Part shown: piece after piece, positions 1-12,133 of the stretch
Layout of the letters: every line of letters begins with the position of its first letter
Position numbering within the stretch: the first letter of the stretch is position 1
NCBI RefSeq assembly: GCF_001194135.2
Contig: NC_068987.1
Coordinates: 16,663,090 to 16,726,801 of the forward strand
From: Octopus bimaculoides
Lineage: Eukaryota
Direction: 5' to 3'
DNA: 63,712 nucleotides
Translations under genes and position numbers: made by a program
Notes under the pieces: model-generated
Told to the model about the DNA's origin: nothing
The model's database searches: none
Seen by the model: the letters and a program-made list of their open reading frames with translations, nothing else

Positions 1-51
<51 letters not shown>

Positions 52-979
52 TATTTTATATATCATATCTATAGATATATACATGTATATATATATATAT
101 GTATATGCATATATAAATGCACACACATGGTTGTATATTCGTAGAGTACTCTCTTGATCTCTCTCTATATTCATATGTGTGTGTGTGTGTGTATACATAC
201 ATACATACGTGCATGCATGCATACAAATCTAATTAGAGGTGGAGGCAGGAAACGCTTTGGGACTCATGGGTGATGCGAGTGCCTAATTTTTAAAGTAGAT
301 AGCAGAATATATTATGTTAAACCGACCAAATGATTAACTAAAATCATTAATCAAATTTTACGTTACCCTGAAAGAATAAGTTATTTTGTTACACGATCAC
401 AATCTTCCCTGTGGTATTGCTGTAATTGGTCACATTAACTAATCAATCAATCAATCAATCACATCACTAGTAGCTTATCAATACCTCAGTAGAAAATAAT
501 TGTAAGAGAACGTATAATGTTAGTTCTCAACTACCAGCATTACCATTGTGTGTTATATAACATGCACGTACGGTTTCTCTAACCATCACCAACACTGCTG
601 TACATGTTTAGTCACTCTCATTTTCTCTCAAGTATTTCCTCTTTCTTTTCAATATTTTTTCCCATCGTATTGCTTGAAGTATTTGCTTTACTCATTGGAT
701 ACACAATTCTCTCTCAATCTTCATCTCTGTCAGGTAGATGACACATGTACGTATCGCATTAGCGGATGAGCATTATAATTTCTGAAGACGGACGGACGGA
801 CGGACGCGCGCGCGCACACACACACATGCATACATACATACACACACGCGGATACATTCTGAAATACATACAAATACTAACAAACACGACATGGATAACA
901 CATATGCAAAAGATAATCGTAATACACACTTCAGAACATATTTTCATACACGCATCCACTCGCAGATATATAAAATGTT

Positions 980-1020
<41 letters not shown>

Positions 1021-1414
1021 TACAAACAGCGTATATTTAAAGTAAGATGTTCCCTATCTACCCCTCATTTAATGCTTTTCTAGAAGTGATATCGGTTTCA
1101 TAGTTTCGTCACACATGATACTTCAAAAGAAATTTTCACAAACCACGGATTCGTAGTCTGTGAGCCATTTTTGGGTTATTGAAACTGGACACGCGATCGG
1201 GTTGTGGCTCAGTTAACTCAACCAGACAAGTCTAGTAACCGATTCTCTCAGCTTCCAACATACGGACACCAGCAATCAACAACACACAACAGAATCGACT
1301 GGCAGCTGTTAACTTCGTTTCTTCTACATTTCAGCCTGTCTGTTAATATACGTGCACCACTAAAATTAAACTTCAGCTGAGAAAGGTGTATTTAAAATTA
1401 TATTGTAAACATTG

Positions 1415-1575
1415 AGACGCAGGCGTAGCTGTGTGGTAAAAAGGTTGCTTCCCAACCACATGGTTCCGGGTTCAGTCCTACTGCATGGTATCTTGAGCAA
1501 GTGTTGTCTACAATAGCTTTGGGTCAACCAAAGGCTTGTGAGTGGATTTGGTAGACGGACACTGGGAGGAACCAT
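1415..1575 (+). mobile_element. SINE family A, 5' half
   Basis: tRNA head and CORE-like block through GGATTTGGTAGACGG. Confidence 0.8.
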
Positions 1576-2190
1576 GCTTGTTTTCAGTGAGCCTTCTGTT
1601 GGCTTCGGAGTTCACCTGACTCTTATGTCTAGCAAAGTTGGTACTTTCTATTGCTATAATGTTTTTAAACTTGCCTGTACGGTTCATGGTTTGGTTTGCC
1701 ACTAATATTATTATCAATAATAATATCCTTATATATATCACGATTTTCTGAGCTCCTTGCTCTACTCGTCTCTATAGACCTTAGGATAGTTTTTCAGTTG
1801 TCCTTCGCATTACCCATTTGTGTCTTGTTTTGCAGCCCTAAGTCTTTTTTGTTGTATATGTATTATTATCATTTTAATTGTTGTCTTCTTGTAGCACGAA
1901 GCCTTTATTCTGCTTATTGTCTTGTCCTTCGTCCGTCTACTAACGGTCTCGTCTCGAGCCTGTCTTGTTTTGTTATGTTTTGGTTCCATTCCCGGCAAGT
2001 TTCTTGGCAGTGCCGCCAGAGTGGAAGCAATATTATCGATAATGGCCGAAATTGCGCTCCACCCTCTGGCCGATACATGAAGAGAAATTGGTGACCGTCT
2101 GTGATTTCCGTTCGTCTGTGTATTTGGTATATGTTCCTATGTCTATTTACTACATGTTTTGTTAATGATATATATATATTTCAAATAAAA

Positions 2191-2245
2191 CCCTTCAGGG
2201 CGGTGCTCCAGTATGGCCACAGTCAAATGACTGAAACAAGTAAAG
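2191..2245 (+). mobile_element. SINE family A, 3' tail fragment
   Basis: GGCGGTGCTCCAGTATGGCCACAGTCAAATGACTGAAACAAGTAAA. Confidence 0.75.
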
Positions 2246-3517
2246 GATTGAATTACTCCCTGTGGAATAGTTTTTGCGGGATCTAATCGAATAAGTTGAG
2301 CAAATCAAAGAACTGTCTCATTTTCTCCCTCCATACTGATTCTCATAAGTCTTTCTTAAAATAGCATTTATCCTATATAACTTTACAAAGCAAACATATG
2401 CTTGTGAATGTCTTCTATAATTTATCGAATGGATTGTGTAATCACGGAAATATTTATGAATATGCATAAACGAATTTATGAAAACGTTGTTGATATAGAT
2501 GCAAATTAAAGCTTGAAATAATCCAGGAATGAATTGAATCTATTTAAAAACTGTATTTTCAAACAGCGTAATTATTATTGCATTCTTGTACCAATTAGGT
2601 CGGAAGAGGTCTTTTTTCTATTGATATTTTTCAGATAAAAGAAAAAAACTATATATTTCTTAACTGTGTTTTTTTTCCTACGAGTACTATTTTACTCTCG
2701 TACATACGTTTTAACCATGTCAATGCAATTCAAAAGCAGATATGTGGAATATAAAATGGCAATGATAAAAGGAGCAACAAATGAACGAGGACACAGAGGA
2801 AAGCGGTCATATGGGAATATGGATATTACTTTCAAACGCTAGGTGATGAATATTTATCACCAAAAGCTGATCTATCTGGTCAAGAAAGCACAAATTGAAA
2901 ACCAAATGATTTATCTTAACACTAGAGTGACAGCATTGATCATAAAGAAATTACAGTGACAAAGAAGCCTCTCCTGAAAGTGAACAGATTACGACGAACT
3001 TAAAACCAAGCTTGAAAAAGAACACATCAAAGACATACGTGATGGATTTCATTCTGGAAATTTAATACAAGGTTGCCCCCATACCGTATTAAGTGGTAGT
3101 AAGCAGGAATGATTTAAGGGTGGCCTCGTTAGACAGAGGAGTCATAAAGATTTGTAAATGCAGATTGTCACGAAACAATACATACACTGTTTATCATGTC
3201 GACTGTTTGGGAAAGGCAACGTTAATGTAACTGCCTTTGACAACAGACAATAGATGGTCGACACTACACACACGCTCGCACGAACGCGCACACACAGGCA
3301 AACACACACACACACTCACTCTCTCTCTCTCTCTCTCTTGAATACACACAGAGTAAAGAAAGCAAACTAAGGAAAATGTATCAAAATGCCTGAATATAAA
3401 CATAGTAATCAGCATAAATTGAATTGGGTATCATAGAGAGAAATCGAACAAATAGTTTATTCAAACAGAAGCATCGAACATTCTCTGCATAAATAAATTA
3501 TGGGAGAGAAGGCTAAC

Positions 3518-4900
3518 TGGACTAATGTTTTACACTGTCTACTTGCTATAATTTTATTTTGTGGTGAATGGGGCTTAGCATTCCATAGTACTGCTCATCT
3601 CATTGACAATACCTTCGTTGGTTAGGTTGAACTTTTGTTTCATTTGGATTCTATACTTGAGACCCATGTCAGGCAGATCAAAGAAAGCCATGAAAAAGGA
3701 GAAATGTTGCAAGCGAAATATTTGTCAGTTGAATCGCAAAATGAATTTATTTCTCGTTGTTCTGATTTCGTTATGAAATACATACATTTTGAAAGATCAA
3801 AGCCAAAATACTGTTCAATAATAGTTAATGCAGCACGCGATTCTGCACACGTTGGACAGACAACACTTTATCTTCGAAAACAGTGGGAATTTAGAATTCC
3901 TCAGAGATGTTGCATCTTTTAGAAACCAGGTTCTGAGATTGTAAAACAGGTAAAGTAAACATTGAATAAGAATTGCACCCTCTTAAAAGATTTAAGGGGT
4001 CAATGGCAGCAAAAGGTTTCAATATGGTAGTTAAGTTCACTGGAGTAAAATCAATACTGTTTAATGACAATCCTCATGCTACTTTCTCACAATGGAGTTG
4101 TAATACATTGAATTTGTATAGCGTATTCTGCCGAGTGCTGTGGTTATCTTTATCGGACATATAGCATGTGTCTATATTTCCCTATAATTTATCTTTCTCC
4201 AAAATTGCAAATTTTTCTATACTGTACAGATTCTTTCCCGTTGAGTCGTGTGTGAATTTCCTGTTTTTCAGCTGGAATGGACGGTGGAGAAATCCTTTGC
4301 AACAAACTCCACTGATATCAAATTTACACTGAGATGTGCTCTGAAACCTAAACAGACCCCGATGACCAAGAATGAAGTAACAAGAATTATTAAATACACA
4401 CAAATGTATACTAATGTCAGGTTTAAAAGTTTTAATCTCACTAACATCTATAAGGTATCGTGGTCGTCCTTCTGCTTCAGGTTCAACACTCTCGACATCT
4501 GATAACATCAGCAACACAGCATTACAGTCACTCATCTGATTCAAGTTCAGCATACTTGATACCGTTGACAATTGCAACACATTATTGCAGAACGAGTAAG
4601 AGATACTGCTAAAGGTAATAAAGTGGTGAACATTGATACGATCATCGGAAATTTATAGAAACTGCGAGATCATTTTGACAACCTACCGACAGATTTAAAA
4701 CATATAGCTGACAGTTTGCAAACTAGAAAAGTAAATAAGAGAAAGTGAAAGAAATCTTTTGATGTGAAACAGACAATTGATGAAAGCCATGTAAATCGTC
4801 CTGACGCATCTCTAAGATCAGTGTTTCAGCGATATCTTTTACTATGTCATTGTCAATTATGTCATTAGTGATTTAAATACGAATACTGAAGCTACACAAA
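3518..4900 (+). pseudogene. Decayed hAT-superfamily transposase (ZMYM1/DUF4371-like)
   Basis: Fragments WTNVLHCLLAIILFCGEWGLAF, YLSVESQNEFISRC, KYCSIIVNAARDSAHVGQTT, KVSWSS (RWS-like) and a FYYVI-like segment near 4840 occur in hAT order, broken by many stops and frameshifts. No TIRs found. Confidence 0.75.
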
Positions 4901-5737
4901 CATTTCTGATACTTTTTAAATTTCTGTGACATTACTTAACCAAATCTGAAAATAGCTATTTGACCGCAAGGACAAAGTGCTTGTTATTTTCAGAAATTTA
5001 CTATGCTGATGGAAAAAACAGCCTTACTATAACGTTCGTTGAATAAAATTATTTTGACAAGAAGAGGAAAAAAGAAAAACAGTTCAAATCTGTCATAGGG
5101 TCATCTGATAGTTTTAGATCAATTTAGAATGAAATGAAATTGGTACTCAGTCAATATATTGATTTCAGACATATCATATGAAAGGTTGCGCAGGAAACAC
5201 GACGGGACTTTGGCAGACGGAGGAAATCCAGTTTGTCATATTGTGATCTTTAGTAATAAATTATTAAATTGCCTCGTTTTGGTTCCAATAAATGATAGGT
5301 GATTGTCTTAAAGCAGTTTTTCCCCCTCCTTCGGTATATATTCACTATATGTTCGTACGCACGCATACATTTATTTCGAAAATTGATACATTTCTCTCTT
5401 TAGGTTATATGCACTTTTTATAAGGTCATGGTGCAATTTTAGCGTCTTCTATCATCATTTATCTTTTCAGTCTCATTATATATATANNNNNNNNNNNNNN
5501 NNNNNNNNNNNNNNNNNNNNNNNNNNNNNNNNNNNNNNNNNNNNNNNNNNNNNNNNNNNNNNNNNNNNNNNNNNNNNNNNNNNNNNNNNNNNNNNNNNNN
5601 NNNNNNNNNNNNNNNNNNNNNNNNNNNNNNNNNNNNNNNNNNNNNNNNNNNNNNNNNNNNNNNNNATACATACATACATACATACATACAAACATACATA
5701 CATACATACATAAATACATACATAGTCATATACATAC

Positions 5738-5790
<53 letters not shown>

Positions 5791-5792
<2 letters not shown>

Positions 5793-6088
5793 GGCGCATG
5801 GCTTAGTGGTTAGGGTTTTGCACTCACGATTGCGAAACCGTGGGTTCGATTCCCAGACCGGGCGTTGCGTTTTGTGCTTCAGCAAAGCACTTCATTTCAC
5901 GTTGCTCAGTGTTCATTTCCTCATCTGACATGTGGCACATGATTTACCTATACAGGTAATGTCGATTTGACGGCGGGAGTGAGGTTAAGTGTACACAAAC
6001 ATTTGATCACTATAAGGAAATCGTCTGTGTGGTTGCTCGGCAAGAAATTGCCGAACCCTTATACGTCGTCTAACGACGGGAGAGTCTC
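5791..6088 (+). mobile_element. SINE family D (tRNA-derived)
   Basis: A-box TGGCTTAGTGG, B-box GGTTCGATTCC, then TTGTG..AGCAAAGCACTTCATTTCACGTTGCTC. Confidence 0.75.
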
Positions 6089-6090
6089 GC

Positions 6091-6121
<31 letters not shown>

Positions 6122-6125
6122 CATA

Positions 6126-6352
6126 CATGATGTTCATAAATTATCATAACAACTTCCACAATATATTGTATCTGTTGAAGTTGCGATCCATCAATCAATA
6201 TCGTTTGCAACCAGTGGATCCCATGTGGAAGTGTTCTGATGTTTCGAATAAAACTTTAATTGTTTGTCTGTTTTCCGATAAATTCTGCTGAGGTATCCTT
6301 ATTTAGCATTTCACAGTTTTTCAAATTGTAAAGATAATTTATGGACACCCTG
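6126..6352 (+). mobile_element. 227-bp Tc1/mariner-derived MITE
   Basis: 20-bp TIRs CATGATGTTCATAAATTATC (6126-45) and GATAATTTATGGACACCCTG (6333-52) match at 17/20. TA flanks both ends. The interior resembles a transposase C-terminus (RLQ..SGSHVE). Confidence 0.65.
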
Positions 6353-6371
6353 TATATACACCCATACACAC

Positions 6372-6402
<31 letters not shown>

Positions 6403-6864
6403 TGTATGTATGTATGTGTGCGCATACCTTCGTGACTTGTATTATTTCTTCGTATTCTTATAGACATCTCATCTAAATATATTTAGCTTTATTCATGAAT
6501 GTACAATAAACATGGACATTTTGCAATTTGAACTATTTACACATATGTATGTATCTGGCTACGGACGTAAATTAAATGGATTTTGTCATGCTGCCACCCA
6601 CACATATACACATGCGTACATGTGCGTATATACATATGAATGGTTGTTATATTTCATTGTGTGTGAAAGTGTGTATATGTGTGTATAAAGTTAATCTAAT
6701 TATTTTTCTGGCGATACTGTAGGTGAGTTACCGTAACCGGTTTATAATGAAACACGGATTAAAATAAATAATTAATGTATATTTAACATTAAGTTGTTTT
6801 TCGTGGACATGTGCGACCGCATGAACTACTTTATATACACACAAGCATAACAGATTCATTAAAT

Positions 6865-7288
6865 AAAGTATGCCATGCTTCTGACAGCTTACGAAGTGGC
6901 TGCCATGTAAAAAACAAGTTTACGAGTGGTTTTCTCGCTTTAAGAATGGTCACTTGTCGCTTGAAGACCAACCTCGTTCAGGGTGTCCGTCGACCACTCG
7001 AACGAATGAAAACATCATGAAAATTCATGAACTGATCTTAGAGGACACTCATCAAACTATTGACGAACGTGTTGATATGACTGGTGTGTACTGGAGCTCC
7101 TGCCAACTAGTTTTGAGCGAGGAATTGCGAATGAAAAGAGTTACAGCAAAATGTTTGCTTCGCTTGCTCACGGAAGATCGAAAGCAGTCACAGTTGGAAA
7201 TTGATCCGGACCTTTCTCCGAAGGTCATCAGTGGTGACGAAAGCTGATGCTACGGAATTTGCAGGTGTGGAAGAGGTAAAGAAAAAAA
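6865..7288 (+). pseudogene. Internally deleted mariner transposase remnant
   Basis: YEWFSRFKNGHLSLEDQPRSGCPS..IHELILEDTHQTIDE..SEELRMKRVTAKCLLRLLTEDRK..KVISGDES (first catalytic D region), then a jump to the C-terminal FAGVEEVKKK. Confidence 0.85.
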
Positions 7289-7290
7289 TT

Positions 7291-7473
7291 ATTATCATCA
7301 TCATCATCACCATCATCATCATTATTATTATTATTATTATTCAGGTCACTGCCTGAAATCGAACTCGGAATCCGCGCTCTTAACCACTACGCCATATACC
7401 ACGGGCATATGGCGTAGTGGTTAAGAGCGCGGGCTACTAACCTGAAGATTCCGAGTTCGATTCCTGGCAGTGA

Positions 7474-7545
<72 letters not shown>

Positions 7546-7745
7546 TAATAATAACAACAACATCGAAAAATATCTTAGGCATAGGAACCTAGGTAGGAAA
7601 TTTCCCCAAGACACCTGATGAAGGCTGGAGGGTATATCAGCCGAAACGTTGTGTTAACAACAAACAAGATGAGGACAAATATCCGTCAAATGTAGATAAT
7701 GTAAATAATATACATAATTCTTCATCTCTTAAATATAGAACTGTA
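7291..7745 (+). mobile_element. Short non-autonomous element: (ATT)n + inverted tRNA-like head pair + (AAT)n + hammerhead-containing tail
   Basis: 7341-7397 is the reverse complement of 7407-7478, with a ~15-nt deletion in the left arm. The right arm has A-box TGGCGTAGTGG and B-box GAGTTCGATTCC. The hammerhead follows at 7610-7655. Ends are approximate. Confidence 0.65.
7610..7655 (+). ncRNA. Minimal type-I hammerhead ribozyme motif (Penelope-like type)
   Basis: GACAC(stem I, 7610-14)-CTGATGA(7615-21)-A-GGCTG/CAGCC(stem II, 7623-27/7638-42)-GAAA(7643-46)-CG-TT-GTGTT(stem I partner, 7651-55). Stem III is the palindrome AACGTT. Predicted cut is after GUU (7650). Confidence 0.8.
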
Positions 7746-7810
7746 TGTAAAACTAAGTCAATAGAAAATTATTGTAAAATTCCGGTTTCTTTTGGGTAAC
7801 CCCCTATATA

Positions 7811-8030
7811 TATGTGTGTATGTGTCTTTGTTGTCTTTGTTTGTCCCCACCACTACTTGACAAGCAGTGTTGGTATGTTTACGTCCCCGAAACTAAGCGG
7901 CTGTGCAAAAGAAATCGCTATAGTAATTATCAGACTTGGAGCGAAAAATAAATACTGGGCCAGACTAAAACTCTTGAAGTCAATGCCCCAGCATGACCAC
8001 GGTCCAATGATTGAAGCAAGTAAAAGAAGA
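7811..8030 (+). mobile_element. SINE family A, diverged 3' half
   Basis: TTTGTCCCC..TTGACAA..GTTTACGTCCCCG..GAAGCAAGTAAAAGA. Confidence 0.7.
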
Positions 8031-8600
8031 TGAAGGCAAAGAAGAATATTCCAATCGCTTGCAAAATTATTTCTTGTGTGTTAGAAACAAAACTATGATA
8101 TATAATGATTATCTTCGAACAAATACGTATGTCATGAAATGGAGGTTTCAGATGTACAACCCGCTTGTATCAGTACTTGTCGAATTATTCTTTAGAAGAT
8201 AAATCCCGAAAGTCTATCACAGACGACCAGATATTCCTCTCGGGAATTATTCTTGTAAATCTGTTTGTTTTTGTGATTAGCTTGTTTTCACTTGATCTAA
8301 AACTATACAAACTATACAAACACAAAATCCTCAAAGGGAATTTGATTGTTGATCATTCCAGACGTACAAGAATAGCTTAAGGCAATGCTGAGAAAATCTT
8401 CCATAATCAATAAGCAGAACATTCCAAAGAGTTTATGGAACAAATGTTGTCAGAAACGACCAAACCAAGGAAGATTGGAATTTTTCCCTTTCCTTTTCAT
8501 TTCTTTTTACCTTAATCCATTCTCTATTTTCCTGTCATCGAATATTTTCTTGTCTTTTATCTTCAGCTTGTTTTAGTCATTATCTTACCGTCTTGGAAGA

Positions 8601-8957
8601 TTTAGTCGGACAGATCGACCTCAGTACACTTTATTTACAGTATGGTACTCATCCTATCGGGATCGTTTGCTGAACAACTAAGTTACAGGGACGCAAACTA
8701 ACCAACAACGGTTATAAAGCGGTGGTGGAAGGAACGAACACAAAAACATAAACACATATACAAGAATGCACATACACGTACACACACGCTCACGCACATA
8801 TATTCGATGAGCTCCATATACTGTCCACCAACCAAATTCACTCGTAAGGCATTGGCCGGTCCGGAGCTAAAGTAGAAGACATTAAAGTAAAGGTGCTGCG
8901 AAGTGGAACTGAATCTCAAACCTCGTGGCTGCAAAGCAAACACCTGAACCACACAGC
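8601..8957 (-). mobile_element. SINE family A, old diverged copy
   Basis: Collinear but decayed head, CORE-like block, microsatellite and 3' body. Confidence 0.65.
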
Positions 8958-9477
8958 TTACCTACACTAATAAGATCTTCCATTTTACTTAAGAATGTAC
9001 AGCACAACCTCCTATGATGAAATCATACCGTATTTCAAGGGAAAGAGCAACTGTGATATTGTTACGTTTCATGTAATTTCCATACCAACGGTAGAATAAT
9101 TACCATCAGCTGGACTACGAATATCTATAGCTGTGTTCACTCTTTTGTAATTAATCGACGCTGGCTTTTGGTATAGGAATAACTTTTGCCTGCCTGCCTA
9201 GGAGGCCTTATAAGGATTATGGGTAACTCCTTTTGCTATTAAAACAAAATTAAGTGTAATGGATTATCCTAAGATTTATACTGTATCGCAGTCTCAGTAA
9301 ATGACAGATTATCTCTGGCTGGATGGGATAAAAGCACAGATAAAATAAACATCGGAGATGCCTTCCCCTTGTAGAAATTGCAGGAACTACTCAGAGATAT
9401 AGCAAACACTTCTTGTGAATCACCACAATGTCGGAAGCTTTTATGTATCAACAGGCGGTATCTCAGGGTCTCAAACG

Positions 9478-9700
9478 CTTTACTCTTTACCCTTTACGCC
9501 TCCCCTGTGTGGAGCAGCGTGGACTGAAATTGATTTCGCCCGGGGATAAGTTCCACCTGCTGTCTCTTGTCAACCGCAACCTCCTTGAGCTGGTTTTAGG
9601 TGCTGCACATGTTCTTGGAGGTTTTCTTCAATTGTCTGGTTTCCAGATCAGTCTTCTGCAGGAAATCGCCGATGATGTTTGCCAACATACGATACATTTA
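9478..9700 (-). mobile_element. Degenerate LINE 3'-end fragment (RTE/L2-like)
   Basis: Minus strand gives pieces ..QTIEENL.., ..ST*NQLKEVAVDKRQ.. and CSTQGRRKG*, resembling post-RT C-termini. It ends in GTAAAGGGTAAAGAGTAAAG. Confidence 0.4.
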
Positions 9701-10351
9701 TAGAATTATGGTGGAAAAAGTGGTGTGACATTCATGACTCTCTGAAAGGCATTTGTGAAATACGTGAAGCGGAATGGTTACATCAATAATCGAAATAAAG
9801 AATTGAAACTGATGGCAGTAAATAAAACTCCAATATTTAGATTGATCAAAGCAATTTCTGCTAATTGGGAACGTAAACAGGATTAATTTGACTGGGAATG
9901 AGTCTGAGCTCTAAATCCCAATAAAGAAATCTATAAAACCAAAAGTAAAACGTAAATAAAAATGGCACAATAAAATTACTGTATATATAATCATAAATAC
10001 GCAGAAACATCAAATGGGAGATATTTTATACACAAGATCAATAACTAAAGGCAAAAGCAAAAAGCAGAACTAAGAAGGTTGAAGCCTCGCATTGACTGAT
10101 TTTATCGAAAGATACGTCATACAAATTAACTATTAGATGAGCAGATTTGCTTGTTGAGTCAGTTGAAGCATTTCAGTTAGGTATACATCCAGTTTTACGG
10201 GAAATTCGTTCAGCGCATTCCTTCGGTGAGGGCGAGTGTGATAAACGGCAATATATTTAAACCTTAAGAGAGCAGGACATTTCCTGGGTTAAATTGGATT
10301 TGTTTACGATTAACGAAGCTAATTTTGCTTCCAATATCAGTTAGTGTTCTG

Positions 10352-10414
<63 letters not shown>

Positions 10415-10496
10415 AACTACAAATATTATTAATAATGATAATTATTATTAGTTGTATGCAACCGTCACTTTGATGGCATGTACTGCCCTCTCAGTC

Positions 10497-10536
<40 letters not shown>

Positions 10537-10680
10537 TATTTTTTATGGTTCGTAATTTACGCATGTGGTTCTTCTTAACAAGTTTCAGATTCTGTTGGAG
10601 ACTCTTGGAAAGGTTATGAGCGAGGTCATTTTCTAAATTAAATTCAGAGATATACTTTGCATTGTGAATTTATTTTACAT

Positions 10681-10853
10681 AGGCGCAAGAGTGGCTGTGT
10701 GGTAAGTAGCTTGCTTACCAACCACATGGTTCTGGGTTCAGTCCCACTGCGTGGCATCTTGGGCAAGTGTCTTCTACTATAGCCTCGGGCCCGACCAAAG
10801 CCTTGTGAGTGGATTTGGTAGACGGAAACTGAAAGAAGCCCGTCGTATATATG

Positions 10854-10894
<41 letters not shown>

Positions 10895-11011
10895 ATGTCT
10901 GTCTGTCTGTGTGTGTGTGTCTGTGTGTGTGTTTGAGTGTTTGTGTTTGTCCCCCTGGCATTGCTAGACAACCGATGCTGGTGTGTTTATGTCCCCGTCA
11001 CTTAGCGGTTG
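10681..11011 (+). mobile_element. SINE family A, 3'-truncated
   Basis: High similarity to 15061-15479; internal microsatellite about 10847-10940. Confidence 0.9.
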
Positions 11012-11964
11012 GTTTATTCTTATTAATGACGATTGTTATCTCCTGTTAAATTCAAAATGTCCTAATCTCTTAAGTGTACCAATTTTTAAAACCCTAAGCA
11101 CTACAGAGAGTGTTACAAAATTGATGAGTTAATGTCCTGAGCTCAACACATTTTCATAAACTAAACATCTTAGCTGCTGAGGTGCTGCATTGAAGAAAAG
11201 TACTGTGAAAGGTCAATATTTACTATGCTGTGTCTATGCAAAGACGTTTGAATCTCAATGGACAAGTTCACATAAATATATAAGGTGGCATGGGAAGACA
11301 GAACTCCAGGCAGCTGCTTCATGTTTTATTTTGTTGTGTCCCGTGAGAAAAATCAATTTGACTAACATCAGATATTCAGATCATACCACATTGAAGTCTA
11401 GGGACTCTGACGTCATTACTCTTTACTCTGTACGATAGAGACAAATCGAGAAATCAACGATTTTAGCGAAAGATTATTATTGATGAAATGGGGTTATACG
11501 TAATTAAAAGGAAATAATAGTTTTCTATTCCTCGCCCCCAAGCGTCATATATAATTTATCTTCGTTTCGGTTGTTATTCTTGTTGTTGCAGTAGCTAATA
11601 TTGTTGCTGCTTAACACCGAGTCAGTTCTAATCAAGCAAATCTATAAAACCAGATAAAATAACCGCGACCATCCCACCATTTTCCTGTGTAAGAAGAACC
11701 CTGTACTAGACAGGTTGTCCATCGTGTCTTTTTCTAAGGTAGTAGTTGAAATGATCTGAGAGAGATTTGGCTGTTATTTCTTGCAGCTCGAGTGTTCATT
11801 CAAAGGTTTCCTGTGATATAAGAAGCTAATAAGAATATATAGACGTCCAAATGCACAATTTAGAAATAATCTAAATTTCTGTGCTGATGTATAGATGGAT
11901 GGGTGGGTGGAAAAAAGTAATATTCTCTGGATTATCAATAAACTTCGTACTTTGAAATGGTGCA

Positions 11965-11998
<34 letters not shown>

Positions 11999-12133
11999 NN
12001 NNNNNNNNNNNNNNNNNNNNNNNNNNNNNNNNNNNNNNNNNNNNNNNNNNNNNNNNNNNNNNNNNNNNNNNNNNNNNNNNNNNNNNNNNNNNNNNNNNNN
12101 NNNNNNNNNNNNNNNNNNNNNNNNNNNNNNNNN

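Noticed and set aside
2740-3060. Possible decayed retroelement coding sequence
   Set aside because: No diagnostic motif could be recovered in any frame.
7205-7240. Minus-strand CTGATGACCTTCGGAGAAA
   Set aside because: Lies inside mariner coding sequence; stem II is 1 bp and there are no stems I/III. Chance.
7405-7478. Possible genuine tRNA gene (also the heads at 5791 and 60783)
   Set aside because: A and B boxes are present, but there is no convincing acceptor stem or cloverleaf and no T-run terminator, and each is followed by a repeat body. SINE-like heads.
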